This document shows, in pieces, positions 1 to 8,659 of a DNA stretch of 64,000 nt; positions within the stretch are counted from its first letter, which is position 1, and each line of letters opens with the position of its first letter. The notes under the pieces are model-generated. The model saw only the letters and a list, made by a program, of their open reading frames with translations. It searched no databases and was not told the origin of the DNA. The translations under genes were made by a program, and so were the position numbers. Source of the stretch: a virus; IMG/VR virus record IMGVR_UViG_3300045988_130114, positions 12,650-76,649 of that record; one strand, written 5' to 3'.

Positions 1-1
1 A

Positions 2-160
2 TATAAATGTGTCATCTGCGGTTCTTCTGATGACTTACAAATTGACCATATACATTCTGTATATTCCGTGATTAAAGGAAAATTTCCGATTGAAAAATTA
101 AACACAATAGAAAATTTGAGGACATTATGTAGGCATTGTAACGCATCAAAAATACCTTAA
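2..160 (+). CDS. HNH endonuclease, C-terminal fragment (5' end outside window)
   Basis: Frame 2 reads YKCVICGSSDDLQIDHIHSV...NLRTLCRHCNASKIP*. The CxxC...DH...N...CxxCN spacing is typical of HNH. Stop TAA at 158-160. Confidence 0.6.
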   Translation, partial: YKCVICGSSDDLQIDHIHSVYSVIKGKFPIEKLNTIENLRTLCRHCNASKIP

Positions 161-161
161 A

Positions 162-1196
162 ATGGGAAGGAATAAGAAGATCGGTCTTGATTATTTCCCT
201 TTTGATGTTGACTTTTTTCAGGACATAAAAATAAGAAAACTAATCAAGTACCAGCGTGGCAAGGCCGTCACTGTATATGCTCTCCTGCTTTGTCTTATCT
301 ATAAGAATGGGTATTACATGTTGTGGGACGAAGAGTTGCCCTTCATATTATCGGAACAAACCGGTTTTGAAGAAGCGTATATACAGGAGGTCGTCAGATG
401 TTGCCTGGCACTAGGGTTGTTTTCTAAAGAACTCTTTGATAAGGAAAAAGTTCTCACTTCAATCGGAATACAAGAACGCTATAAACGAATATGTGATGAT
501 TGCAGAAGAAAGTGTGAATTTTCAGAGTTTAACCTTATTTCTTCCGAAGAAAAGCGTATTTCTTCCGAAGAAAAGCCGATAACTTCCGAAGAAAGTACAC
601 AAAGTAAAGTAAAGGAAAGTAAAGAGAATATTATTATTCCCCCCACACCCCCCAAGGGGGTTGAGGATTTAGAAAAAGTTATTTCTGAAAAAGATCATGC
701 TTTGAATGAGGCTTTAGCTAAGATCAAGGAACTTGAAAAACAAAGTTCTCAAAACAAACCTGCAAAGCCCAAGCGGTCCAATGGACTAAATGCTAACGCT
801 CGCAAAGCCTTTGAGGAGCATTTCAGAAACACTTTTGGCGAAGAATATTACTGGACTGCCAAAGATGCCGGCAATATGTCCCAGTTACTTCGTAAGCTAA
901 CATTTTCACGGGAACAAAGACAGATGCCCGTTGATGATGCCTCTGTGTTGTACGCTCTCCAAGTATTCCTCACGTCCGTCAAGGATAGTTGGTTGCTGGA
1001 TAACTTTAGCGTAGCTAATATTAACTCGAAGTATAACGAAATCGTTTCTAAAGCAAAAAATGGAAATTCTGGAACAGGAGCTATCGGATCGTCTACAACA
1101 GGTTCAACAGAAAAATTCGTTTGCAGCAAAGCTGAAAAAGGAGCAGATCGGGAATCTGATAGAGCGCCACAGAAAGACTATTCTTCAAGATTTTGA
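162..1196 (+). CDS. DUF4373-type phage replication initiation protein
   Basis: N-terminus MGRNKKIGLDYFPFDVDFFQDIKIRKLI...YALLLCLIYKNGYY resembles the DUF4373 (Lin1244-like) domain common in Bacteroidales phages. It sits directly upstream of an AAA ATPase. Confidence 0.6.
   Translation: MGRNKKIGLDYFPFDVDFFQDIKIRKLIKYQRGKAVTVYALLLCLIYKNGYYMLWDEELPFILSEQTGFEEAYIQEVVRCCLALGLFSKELFDKEKVLTSIGIQERYKRICDDCRRKCEFSEFNLISSEEKRISSEEKPITSEESTQSKVKESKENIIIPPTPPKGVEDLEKVISEKDHALNEALAKIKELEKQSSQNKPAKPKRSNGLNANARKAFEEHFRNTFGEEYYWTAKDAGNMSQLLRKLTFSREQRQMPVDDASVLYALQVFLTSVKDSWLLDNFSVANINSKYNEIVSKAKNGNSGTGAIGSSTTGSTEKFVCSKAEKGADRESDRAPQKDYSSRF
536..598 (+). repeat. three tandem 21-bp direct repeats (core CTTCCGAAGAAA) inside the rep gene; candidate iterons
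   Basis: tatttcttccgaagaaaagcg / tatttcttccgaagaaaagcc / gataacttccgaagaaagtac read directly. These encode ISSEEKR-ISSEEKP-ITSEES. Confidence 0.7.
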
Positions 1197-1848
1197 ATAT
1201 GATTTGACGAATCCCAATGAGTTTTATGCCCATCGTGATTTTATCAAGTATATCGGGAATAACTATATGGGGCGTGAGTTCAGAGAGTTTGAAGTAGACG
1301 AAAACAACTCGAAAGTGTTGTCTTTCCTGCTTTACTACTTCAATGGATGCCGATATGCAGAACAGGTTTTCCCAGATGAAGATTATAAAATCCATAAAAA
1401 CCTGCTACTTGTCGGAGAACCCGGTACTGGTAAAACGATGCTGATGCAGATTTTTTCTGATTATTTACGATTGACTCATAATCCGAATACTTTTGAAAAT
1501 CTATCGGTTACTCAAATGATGAACTATTACAAGATGAATGGTCATATTGACCGACATACGTTCAATGAAGGACAATCGAAAGGATTTAAACCGGAACCGT
1601 TTAATATCTGTTTAAACGATATTGGGCTGGAAACAGAGAATCAGAAAAGTTATGGCACTAGTCTTAACAGTGTGATAGATGAATTTTTATATGCAAGATA
1701 TGAGATTTATCAGCAATTTGGTAAAATGTACCACATAACGAGTAATCTTGATGCAGAAGAATTTAAAAAACGTTTTGCTGATCGACTTGTTGACCGGTTT
1801 AAGAGTTTTAATCTCATTCCCCTTACAGGGAATAGTAGAAGGAAGTAA
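1060..1848 (+). CDS. AAA ATPase, DnaC/IstB-like helicase loader
   Basis: Walker A LLLVGEPGTGKTM and Walker B-like ICLNDIG, with position after the rep gene. The start is uncertain because the ORF overlaps the rep ORF by 137 nt. Confidence 0.6.
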   Translation: MEILEQELSDRLQQVQQKNSFAAKLKKEQIGNLIERHRKTILQDFEYDLTNPNEFYAHRDFIKYIGNNYMGREFREFEVDENNSKVLSFLLYYFNGCRYAEQVFPDEDYKIHKNLLLVGEPGTGKTMLMQIFSDYLRLTHNPNTFENLSVTQMMNYYKMNGHIDRHTFNEGQSKGFKPEPFNICLNDIGLETENQKSYGTSLNSVIDEFLYARYEIYQQFGKMYHITSNLDAEEFKKRFADRLVDRFKSFNLIPLTGNSRRK

Positions 1849-1962
1849 TTGATTATTAACAGGTTAATTAATTATAATGCCTTGCAAATAAGGAAAGTAA
1901 CGTTTGTTTACAAGCTGCAAAATAAGTAACTTTATACCTGTAAATCAAAAATTATATAAGTT

Positions 1963-2313
1963 ATGAAATCAAGCAACATTAAACGTTTAAAAAACTGTTC
2001 TTATTTTAAGGGATTTATTTATAAAGTTTATAGCCCCAATAAACCAAAAAGTTTTGATGACGAACTGTCGGCTATGGATTTTGCTAGTAAATTAAATGCT
2101 CCTTGTCGAGTAATTATTGCAGTCCAATTAACTTTTGATTCTATAAGTCAAAAAGAAGCATTCCTTATCGCTAATCAAGATTTAAGAAGTGATATTGTAA
2201 AGTCATCTAATTCTAGTCTTGAAGTCGATTGTTCCAACGCTTTATTTCTTTATGGGAAAATAGTAAATGCAATGTCTGGATTTAAGACTAAGTCAATGTT
2301 TGTAAATAAATAA
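1963..2313 (+). CDS. hypothetical protein
   Basis: 116-aa ORF in the co-directional gene array. No motif recognised. Confidence 0.45.
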   Translation: MKSSNIKRLKNCSYFKGFIYKVYSPNKPKSFDDELSAMDFASKLNAPCRVIIAVQLTFDSISQKEAFLIANQDLRSDIVKSSNSSLEVDCSNALFLYGKIVNAMSGFKTKSMFVNK

Positions 2314-2326
2314 AAACATAAGAGCA

Positions 2327-2470
2327 ATGAAAACAATTAGAAAATTAACAAAAAAAGAAGTGGTACTCAACAGGCTTACTCAATCTATTCTTATGCCTGT
2401 TATCTACCTACTAAATCACAAAACCAATAACCGAACAGATGATGATCCAAGGTTATCCAGTAATTTGTAA
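2327..2470 (+). CDS. small hypothetical protein (47 aa)
   Basis: ATG preceded by the recurrent ATAAGAGCAATGAAAAC start-context motif. Overlaps the 2439 ORF in another frame. Confidence 0.3.
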   Translation: MKTIRKLTKKEVVLNRLTQSILMPVIYLLNHKTNNRTDDDPRLSSNL

Positions 2471-2621
2471 CGGTATTCATTATCAGGGAAGATACCTGAA
2501 ACCAATATGTAAACGCTGCGAGTTATATACAAAAGCAAAGCAGCCATTTCATAAGTCATGGCGCATAAGTGGAATTGAAAAATGTATAATCAACTATGTT
2601 AGTAGGAACAACAAATCTTAA
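2439..2621 (+). CDS. small hypothetical protein
   Basis: 60-aa ORF with CxxC-like cysteines. Competes with the 2327 ORF. Confidence 0.3.
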   Translation: MMIQGYPVICNGIHYQGRYLKPICKRCELYTKAKQPFHKSWRISGIEKCIINYVSRNNKS

Positions 2622-2982
2622 TACGACTCTCAACCTGACGTATGTGTTGACAGATGTCGTAGAAACTCTTCTCCTTGACATGAGAAGTGAAATGAAAAAA
2701 CAGGGCTATGATTTGCGTTACGATGCCAAGCACAATTTCAACACGGCGATAGCAGCTATACGCCGGCTGAAGCAAGATGTAGACAAGACCCAGCTTTCTA
2801 CTCAGGAGAACTTCGGAAACGACTCAGACTGTCTCCTTGCCTTCATCAAGCTGCTGATAGATCGCTGCGGTGACGACGACAAGAAGATGTTCGCGTTCTA
2901 CAACTACATCAAAAGTTATCCTTCGCAGCTAGAGCTTGAGCTGTCTGACGAGAAGAGTGTATTTGCGCATATTTTTAATTGA
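2596..2982 (+). CDS. hypothetical protein
   Basis: 128-aa ORF in the co-directional array. Confidence 0.45.
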   Translation: MLVGTTNLNTTLNLTYVLTDVVETLLLDMRSEMKKQGYDLRYDAKHNFNTAIAAIRRLKQDVDKTQLSTQENFGNDSDCLLAFIKLLIDRCGDDDKKMFAFYNYIKSYPSQLELELSDEKSVFAHIFN

Positions 2983-2995
2983 TAACAAATCAATA

Positions 2996-3481
2996 ATGAA
3001 CAAAAAAATAATACTTGACGCTTGTTGTGGAAGCCGAATGTTTTGGTTTGACAAGAAGAATCCATACGTTCTCTTTCAAGATATTCGTGATGCCGAATAT
3101 GTTTTATGTGATGGTCGTAAGTTGGAAGTTCATCCTGATGTGGTTGCCGACTTTACAGCAATGCCATATTCGGACAGTTCTTTTAAACTTGTAGTCTTTG
3201 ATCCTCCACACCTTGATAATGCAAATGAGGGTGCATATATGGCTCAAAAATATGGAACGCTTCGACGGTTTAAATGGCAGGAAGATATAAAGAGGGGATT
3301 CAGCGAATGTATGCGAGTGCTTGAACCGAACGGAATACTGATTTTTAAATGGAACGAAACTCGTATTCCTGTAAGACGGATATTGGAGATAATCAATGAG
3401 CGGCCGTTATTCGGGCATAAGTCTGGAAAGGCATCTAAAACTCATTGGATGTGCTTTATGAAATTACCAATTAACGAATAA
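2996..3481 (+). CDS. small SAM-dependent (DNA) methyltransferase
   Basis: MNKKIILDACCGSRMFWF (motif I-like) and VVFDPPHL (motif IV, (D/N)PP(Y/F/H)-like). Start taken at the internal ATG 2996. Confidence 0.6.
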   Translation: MNKKIILDACCGSRMFWFDKKNPYVLFQDIRDAEYVLCDGRKLEVHPDVVADFTAMPYSDSSFKLVVFDPPHLDNANEGAYMAQKYGTLRRFKWQEDIKRGFSECMRVLEPNGILIFKWNETRIPVRRILEIINERPLFGHKSGKASKTHWMCFMKLPINE

Positions 3482-3491
3482 CACTATAGAT

Positions 3492-3827
3492 ATGAGTGAA
3501 ACCGAAATTTTGAAAGATCGAATAGAGAGCTTACAAGCTGCTCTTGTTGCAAAGGAAGAAACTCACAAAATAGAGATCTGTAAGCTAATAGAAATAGATT
3601 TGAATGATACTGTGAGTGTAGAATTAACAGAATGGGGAGCCACATATCTTAATGCGACGAATGCATTTAAGAAAATTGCTACTCCGCAGAAATGCCATTA
3701 TAAGACTGACTATAAAGCGGGTGATTGTTTACAAAACCAACTTTGGCAGTTAATATTGGAGTTTAAAGATGGGATTAGGTTTGATAAAGAGAAGGCTTTT
3801 AATAAGTTGACAAAAGTAATTAATTAA
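3492..3827 (+). CDS. hypothetical protein
   Basis: 111-aa ORF. Confidence 0.45.
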   Translation: MSETEILKDRIESLQAALVAKEETHKIEICKLIEIDLNDTVSVELTEWGATYLNATNAFKKIATPQKCHYKTDYKAGDCLQNQLWQLILEFKDGIRFDKEKAFNKLTKVIN

Positions 3828-3840
3828 TAACAATTAAAGT

Positions 3841-3996
3841 ATGAGCGAAATAGAATATATAGAACAACCAAAAGCGATAGCTAAACTTGTTCATAAGTCG
3901 ACCAAATCTATTATTCCAGTTTACAAACCATTAAATTGGTTTCAAAGACTAATGATAAGATGGTGTTTTGGGTTTAAATATGAAAGGATTAACTAA
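3841..3996 (+). CDS. small hypothetical protein (51 aa)
   Basis: Hand-translated MSEIEYIEQPKAIAKLVHKS...FKYERIN*. Below the ORF-track length cutoff. Confidence 0.3.
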   Translation: MSEIEYIEQPKAIAKLVHKSTKSIIPVYKPLNWFQRLMIRWCFGFKYERIN

Positions 3997-4009
3997 TAAC
4001 AATAGAGGT

Positions 4010-4192
4010 ATGAATAAAATAAAGAACCGTAGGCTTGCTCTACGAGCCTATAAAATCAGAGTCAAACAATACCCTTACAATAAGCCATTGATTGATAGAA
4101 ACAATCTAGCTTTTGTTCGTAAGGAAAATGACGGAAACCGATGTGATTGTTTCGGGCATTGGCGTAACTATTGGAATACAAGACCATTTTAA
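4010..4192 (+). CDS. small basic hypothetical protein
   Basis: Internal ATG (MNKIKNRRLALRAY...) of track ORF 3968..4192. Confidence 0.3.
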   Translation: MNKIKNRRLALRAYKIRVKQYPYNKPLIDRNNLAFVRKENDGNRCDCFGHWRNYWNTRPF

Positions 4193-4217
4193 TCATAACT
4201 AACTAGAAAGAAATCAA

Positions 4218-4694
4218 ATGAAAATATTAGTAAGTTTTTCCGGTGGTAAGGATTCGCAAGCCTGCTTGATCCAAGCTGCCAAACAATACGGAACCGATAA
4301 GATAGAAGCGGTATTCTGCGATACAGGCTGGGAACATCCCGATACCTATCAGCATATAACAGACGTTTGCACACAGATGGGCGTTAAATTGACAACGCTA
4401 AAATCAAAGTATGACTTCGTTTCTTTAGCAGTCTATAAAAAGCGGTTTCCCTCTACAAAAGCGAGATTTTGCACAGAAGAATTAAAGATGAAACCTATGA
4501 TTGATTATGTGCTATCCCTAAAGGATAGTTGCATTATCATTCAAGGGATCAGGGCGTCTGAAAGTGCATCACGAGCAAAGATGGAGCCTGAATGTATGTA
4601 CTTTAAAGAGTATTTCAAGAGAGTTCAGTATGTAGATAAAAAAGGGAGAGTTAAAGAGAAATGGGCGCAAGCTACCGTAGAAAAGAGGTCTTAG
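4218..4694 (+). CDS. PAPS reductase-like (N-type ATP pyrophosphatase) protein, N-terminal part of a split gene
   Basis: MKILVSFSGGKDSQACL carries the SGGxDS PP-loop motif. The ORF ends at 4694 while the expected C-terminal half continues in the -1 frame. Confidence 0.65.
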   Translation: MKILVSFSGGKDSQACLIQAAKQYGTDKIEAVFCDTGWEHPDTYQHITDVCTQMGVKLTTLKSKYDFVSLAVYKKRFPSTKARFCTEELKMKPMIDYVLSLKDSCIIIQGIRASESASRAKMEPECMYFKEYFKRVQYVDKKGRVKEKWAQATVEKRS

Positions 4695-5098
4695 AGTGGT
4701 GTAAACAATTTGATGCGTCTGTTAGTCGTCCCATTTTTGATAAATCGGCTCAATGGGTGATTGATTGCATACTCGATGCTGGGCAGCAACCAAATCCATT
4801 ATACAGAAAGGGGTGTTCCCGCGTTGGCTGTTATCCTTGCATCATGTGTCGGCAAATGGAAGTTGTCATATTGATGAAAGACGAACCAATGAAAATACGG
4901 CTGTTAGATGCTGAACATAAAATTGGAAGATCTTTTTTCTCTCCTGACTACATCCCTAAATATGCTTGTGCAAATGGTAAATATCCAATGGTTGAAGATG
5001 TGTTTAGGTATATAAGTGATAAAAATGCGACATTGGATATGTTCGAGCCTGAAGGCGGTTATGCTTGTATGAGCCTATTTCATGGGCTTTGCGAATAG
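4661..5098 (+). CDS. PAPS reductase-like protein, C-terminal part of a split gene
   Basis: NPLYRKGCSRVGCYPCIMC is the typical C-terminal Cys motif of this family. The frame is open only from 4655. Confidence 0.55.
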   Translation: MGASYRRKEVLEWCKQFDASVSRPIFDKSAQWVIDCILDAGQQPNPLYRKGCSRVGCYPCIMCRQMEVVILMKDEPMKIRLLDAEHKIGRSFFSPDYIPKYACANGKYPMVEDVFRYISDKNATLDMFEPEGGYACMSLFHGLCE

Positions 5099-5132
5099 AA
5101 GTTTAATTCAAAACAAAACAGAAAGGAATTAA

Positions 5133-5978
5133 ATGAAGATGCAATCTAAGATAGATTATTCCATAGCCTTACTTCGTAAATGCGAACAGATGGCACTTGA
5201 TTATGACCCGGAGGATGGCTTTTACTTAGCGTTCTCCGGTGGCAAGGATAGCCAAGTCCTTTATCACCTTGCGAAGATGGCAGGAGTAAAATTTAAGGCT
5301 CACATGAACCTTACGAGCATCGATCCACCCGAAGTTATCCGCTTTGTAAAACGGAACTACCCGGATGTGGAATTGATTAAACCAAAGATGTCTATCTATG
5401 ATATGGCTTTAAAAAAACACTTATTACCTACAAGAACAATCCGTTGGTGTTGCGCTGAATATAAAGAGATGTCCGGTGCTGGCAAGGTTACCTTGATTGG
5501 CATTAGAAAAGCAGAAAGCGTCCGGCGCTCTAAGCGTGAAGAGATTGAAATAAGCGGTCACAAATTTAGCGGCAACTTCGACCAATTCTCTGAACACAAA
5601 GAAAAGATGGTTACTTGCGTGGGAGGAAAGGATAAGATACTTGTTTCTCCGATAATTCACTGGACTGATAGGGACGTATGGCAGTTTTTGAATGGGAATA
5701 GCATAGAGCATTGCTCGTTGTATGATGAAGGCTATAAGCGCATCGGATGTATTCTCTGCCCAATGTCTAACTATAAGCAGAAGTTAAAAGATTATCAGCG
5801 CTTCCCCCATGTGAAACGTAAATGGATTCAGACCATACAAAAGTTGATTGATGCCGAATATGTCAACCACAACTTTACCGATGCAGAGTTTGGCTTTTAT
5901 TGGTGGATAAGCGATAAAGGTTTTGACCAATATTATGCAGACGAAGTACTGCAACAGAAAATAGAGTTTAACGTATAA
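5133..5978 (+). CDS. PAPS reductase-like protein (second paralogue)
   Basis: FSGGKDSQVLYHL PP-loop and C-terminal YKRIGCILCPM motif. Confidence 0.7.
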   Translation: MKMQSKIDYSIALLRKCEQMALDYDPEDGFYLAFSGGKDSQVLYHLAKMAGVKFKAHMNLTSIDPPEVIRFVKRNYPDVELIKPKMSIYDMALKKHLLPTRTIRWCCAEYKEMSGAGKVTLIGIRKAESVRRSKREEIEISGHKFSGNFDQFSEHKEKMVTCVGGKDKILVSPIIHWTDRDVWQFLNGNSIEHCSLYDEGYKRIGCILCPMSNYKQKLKDYQRFPHVKRKWIQTIQKLIDAEYVNHNFTDAEFGFYWWISDKGFDQYYADEVLQQKIEFNV

Positions 5979-5989
5979 CTAATTAAGAA

Positions 5990-6208
5990 ATGAACAAAAT
6001 AACAATTGAGATAACCGCTACAGGATGGACAACTACTGTAAGCATCAACGGTGAAACTTTTAGTGAGAAGTTTGAACGAACTTTCACAGGTGCAAAAAGC
6101 GTAGAAGGTAATTTGGAAGGAGTAGAACAGATTCCTGATGAAGTGATAGATGCCATTCAATCAAGTGCTTATTATGATTGCATGGCTGCTCTTAGAGATA
6201 TCGAATAA
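5990..6208 (+). CDS. hypothetical protein
   Basis: 72-aa ORF. Confidence 0.4.
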   Translation: MNKITIEITATGWTTTVSINGETFSEKFERTFTGAKSVEGNLEGVEQIPDEVIDAIQSSAYYDCMAALRDIE

Positions 6209-6237
6209 CTATCAAAAATTAAGAAAGGAACTAAAGT

Positions 6238-6447
6238 ATGACACAAGAAAAATTCATTGCATTGTCAAAGGAAAAGGTTGCAAAATTGAATAAAGGTTCA
6301 AAAGAAGCGGAAGAAGCATGGAGAGCCGGATATCTGTATTTAGCAGAACAGCTACGCATCAGTTTCAATAACAAGACACAACTTTACTTTTTAGAAGAAG
6401 TAGAAGAAATCGTCGAGGATTCTTACGAACTTGATGAATTTGAATAA
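6238..6447 (+). CDS. hypothetical protein
   Basis: 69-aa ORF. Confidence 0.4.
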   Translation: MTQEKFIALSKEKVAKLNKGSKEAEEAWRAGYLYLAEQLRISFNNKTQLYFLEEVEEIVEDSYELDEFE

Positions 6448-6464
6448 CGTATAATAATACGGAT

Positions 6465-6839
6465 ATGGACAAAAAAAAAGATATAACAAAGAGATATACA
6501 AAAATGGCATCAACCATTGAAGATGCTAAAATATACGATGGTCGCGGAACGTATGATTTATATGAGTGTGAAAAATGTGGTCGTAATAAAATTACCACAT
6601 ACGCAGACAAAGGTGTTACTCCCTTTATTATTGGATGTAGTTGTGGTGGGTTAATGCAACATACAAGGTCCTTTAAGAATGTGCCGGATTACATTCGAGT
6701 ATTTAGGTGGAAAAGACCTACACTTGAACAGACAATGAAGCTATCTAAAGGGATGATGGAACATGTTCTTAATGGAGGGCTGGTATTAGATATAGATGAT
6801 GAAGATTTAGAAGAAAGGAGGAAATATGAAGAATATTAA
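6465..6839 (+). CDS. hypothetical zinc-ribbon protein
   Basis: CEKCGRNK ... CSCGG cysteine pairs. An A9 tract follows the start codon. Confidence 0.45.
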   Translation: MDKKKDITKRYTKMASTIEDAKIYDGRGTYDLYECEKCGRNKITTYADKGVTPFIIGCSCGGLMQHTRSFKNVPDYIRVFRWKRPTLEQTMKLSKGMMEHVLNGGLVLDIDDEDLEERRKYEEY

Positions 6840-7056
6840 AGATTTAACAATCAAAGTAACTTATCGAGTTGGACTTGGAAATGTTGAAGTCCCTGATGAA
6901 GTTTATAATGAATTAGCTAAAGCCTATGATGAAGGTGGTGATGTACCTGAATGGGATGATGAGCTTGAAAACGCAAAAGAATGGCTTAGTGATAATATTC
7001 GAGAAGCGGATGCAATGGAATGGGAATATGAGATTGATGATTTTCAAAATGAATAA
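6826..7056 (+). CDS. acidic hypothetical protein
   Basis: 76-aa ORF rich in D/E. Confidence 0.4.
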   Translation: MKNIKDLTIKVTYRVGLGNVEVPDEVYNELAKAYDEGGDVPEWDDELENAKEWLSDNIREADAMEWEYEIDDFQNE

Positions 7057-7163
7057 TTAAAAAAATAAATTATGAAACAGACATTAGAAGAAGCAGCTAT
7101 ACAAGGAGCTCAAGGATATAATATAGTTAAAAGAATATTTATAAATCCGGATGGAGGAACAGC

Positions 7164-7517
7164 ATGAGAATAAAGAATAAACGAACAGGTGCTATGTATC
7201 AATCTGACACACTTGTAAAATCGTCAAGCGGATTTTTCTGGGATAAGAAAAACCAGATGGGGGCTATAAATTTACTTTTTACCGAAGATGATAGTTGGGA
7301 GGAAGAATCAGTGACTCCGTGGATCAGCGTAAAGAACAGGTTACCGCAAACAGATGATGACCTGTACATAGTGCTTGATGTTAGGATGAATCCTCCCGGA
7401 TGTGGAGTGTGTGATTTTAATCCTAAGACAGAGACTTGGATTGACTATGGTGGCAATATTGTGCGCCCTACCCATTGGATGCCAATTCCTCCTCTTGAAT
7501 CAAATGATAACGAATAA
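7164..7517 (+). CDS. DUF551-like phage protein
   Basis: WISVKNRLPQ...PTHWMPIPPL resembles the DUF551 signature. Confidence 0.45.
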   Translation: MRIKNKRTGAMYQSDTLVKSSSGFFWDKKNQMGAINLLFTEDDSWEEESVTPWISVKNRLPQTDDDLYIVLDVRMNPPGCGVCDFNPKTETWIDYGGNIVRPTHWMPIPPLESNDNE

Positions 7518-7538
7518 CAATAGAGAAAGGAACTAACT

Positions 7539-7832
7539 ATGGGATTTACAACACCATGTTTTATTAGAAAAAACACTGAAAGATTAAGAGAGTCTTTGAA
7601 ACGTTTAGGGATTAGACCACTTCTTTCTAATGAAAGATTAAATGCTATTGGAGACAACATTAAAGTATATCATGGGAGAGAAGCCGTTTTCTCTTGCTCC
7701 TATTCGCAGGAATTATATGGACATTTTCTTGATTGCGGGACAAATGAAAATTTATTTCTTGCTATTGCCGCATTAAGAGATGACACAGACCATAAAATAC
7801 CTTCAACATGTGGCACGAGACAGACCATATGA
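7539..7832 (+). CDS. hypothetical protein
   Basis: 97-aa ORF. Confidence 0.4.
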   Translation: MGFTTPCFIRKNTERLRESLKRLGIRPLLSNERLNAIGDNIKVYHGREAVFSCSYSQELYGHFLDCGTNENLFLAIAALRDDTDHKIPSTCGTRQTI

Positions 7833-7889
7833 TGAAATGTAACAAGGTTGAGACAATAAAATCATCAAATTAGATAAATTTATGACTAA

Positions 7890-7927
7890 AAGTGACACTT
7901 TATATGTCATATTTTGTATCTTTACAC
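7890..7927 (+). promoter_or_regulatory. phage promoter-family copy 1 (dyad GTGACA-N-TGTCA plus -7-like box TATCTTTA)
   Basis: aagtgacactttatatgtcatattttgtatctttacacc aligns with four other copies in the window. Confidence 0.45.
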
Positions 7928-7948
7928 CATAAAAATAAAAAAAGAGCA

Positions 7949-8353
7949 ATGAAAATTTACACAAGTTATTTCGGTAATAGCCGAAAATTAAAAGAAGCAG
8001 GAATTAAAATTATTTGCGTAGCTATTGGACGGCCAAGATTTATTAGTGGAGTACCACAAATGGTTAATGTGGCTCCAACAAGGTATATGATAAGTGCCGC
8101 ATGTTCCCATGATGAGTATCTTAGATTATACAACAATATTCTTGAAAGTCAAGATGCGAAGAAGGTGGTGGAGCAAATAAAGACATTAAGTGATGGCCAA
8201 GATGTTGCTCTATGCTGCTATGAGAAACCAGGTGATTTCTGCCATCGCCACATACTTGCAAAATGGCTTACCGAAAAGACTGGCATTGAAATCAAAGAGT
8301 TTGGAGTTGTTGAAAAGAAAGAACCTAAGTATGAACAAGCAAGTTTGTTCTAA
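7949..8353 (+). CDS. DUF488 domain protein
   Basis: MKIYTSYFGN...VALCCYEKPGDFCHRHILAKWL matches the DUF488 pattern. ATG preceded by AGAGCAATG. Confidence 0.55.
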   Translation: MKIYTSYFGNSRKLKEAGIKIICVAIGRPRFISGVPQMVNVAPTRYMISAACSHDEYLRLYNNILESQDAKKVVEQIKTLSDGQDVALCCYEKPGDFCHRHILAKWLTEKTGIEIKEFGVVEKKEPKYEQASLF

Positions 8354-8439
8354 AGATATGTGTGAGGCTTTTTATGGTTATGGATACACACGTCAATTGA
8401 AAACGGAAACCATTGGCAGCTTGGAATAGACAAGCAAAA

Positions 8440-8512
8440 GGTTGAATGGCGAAGTGATTAACGCAACGGTCCGCAAAACCGTTATTCGTGGGTTTGAATC
8501 CCACTTCAACCT
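8440..8512 (+). tRNA. tRNA-like gene, anticodon GCA (Cys), non-canonical C33 and TTTGAAT T-loop
   Basis: Hand fold: acceptor GGTTGAA/TTCAACC, anticodon stem ACGGT/ACCGT, loop CCGCAAA, T arm GTGGG-TTTGAAT-CCCAC. Confidence 0.55.
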
Positions 8513-8588
8513 CAAAGATAGAAATAACAACCGAAGTACAAGGCGATACTGTGGATTTTCTAATAAACGTTTTACAGACAGCCATATT

Positions 8589-8659
8589 GCGGAAATAGCT
8601 CATTGGTCAGAGCGTTGGCATTCCAGCCAAAGAGTGGGGTTCGATTCCCTGTTTCCGCT
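8589..8659 (+). tRNA. tRNA-like gene, Gly(UCC)-like with a 6-nt anticodon loop
   Basis: Hand fold: acceptor GCGGAAA/TTTCCGC, D arm GCTC-ATTGGTCA-GAGC, perfect anticodon stem TTGGC/GCCAA enclosing only ATTCCA, T loop TTCGATT. Confidence 0.5.
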
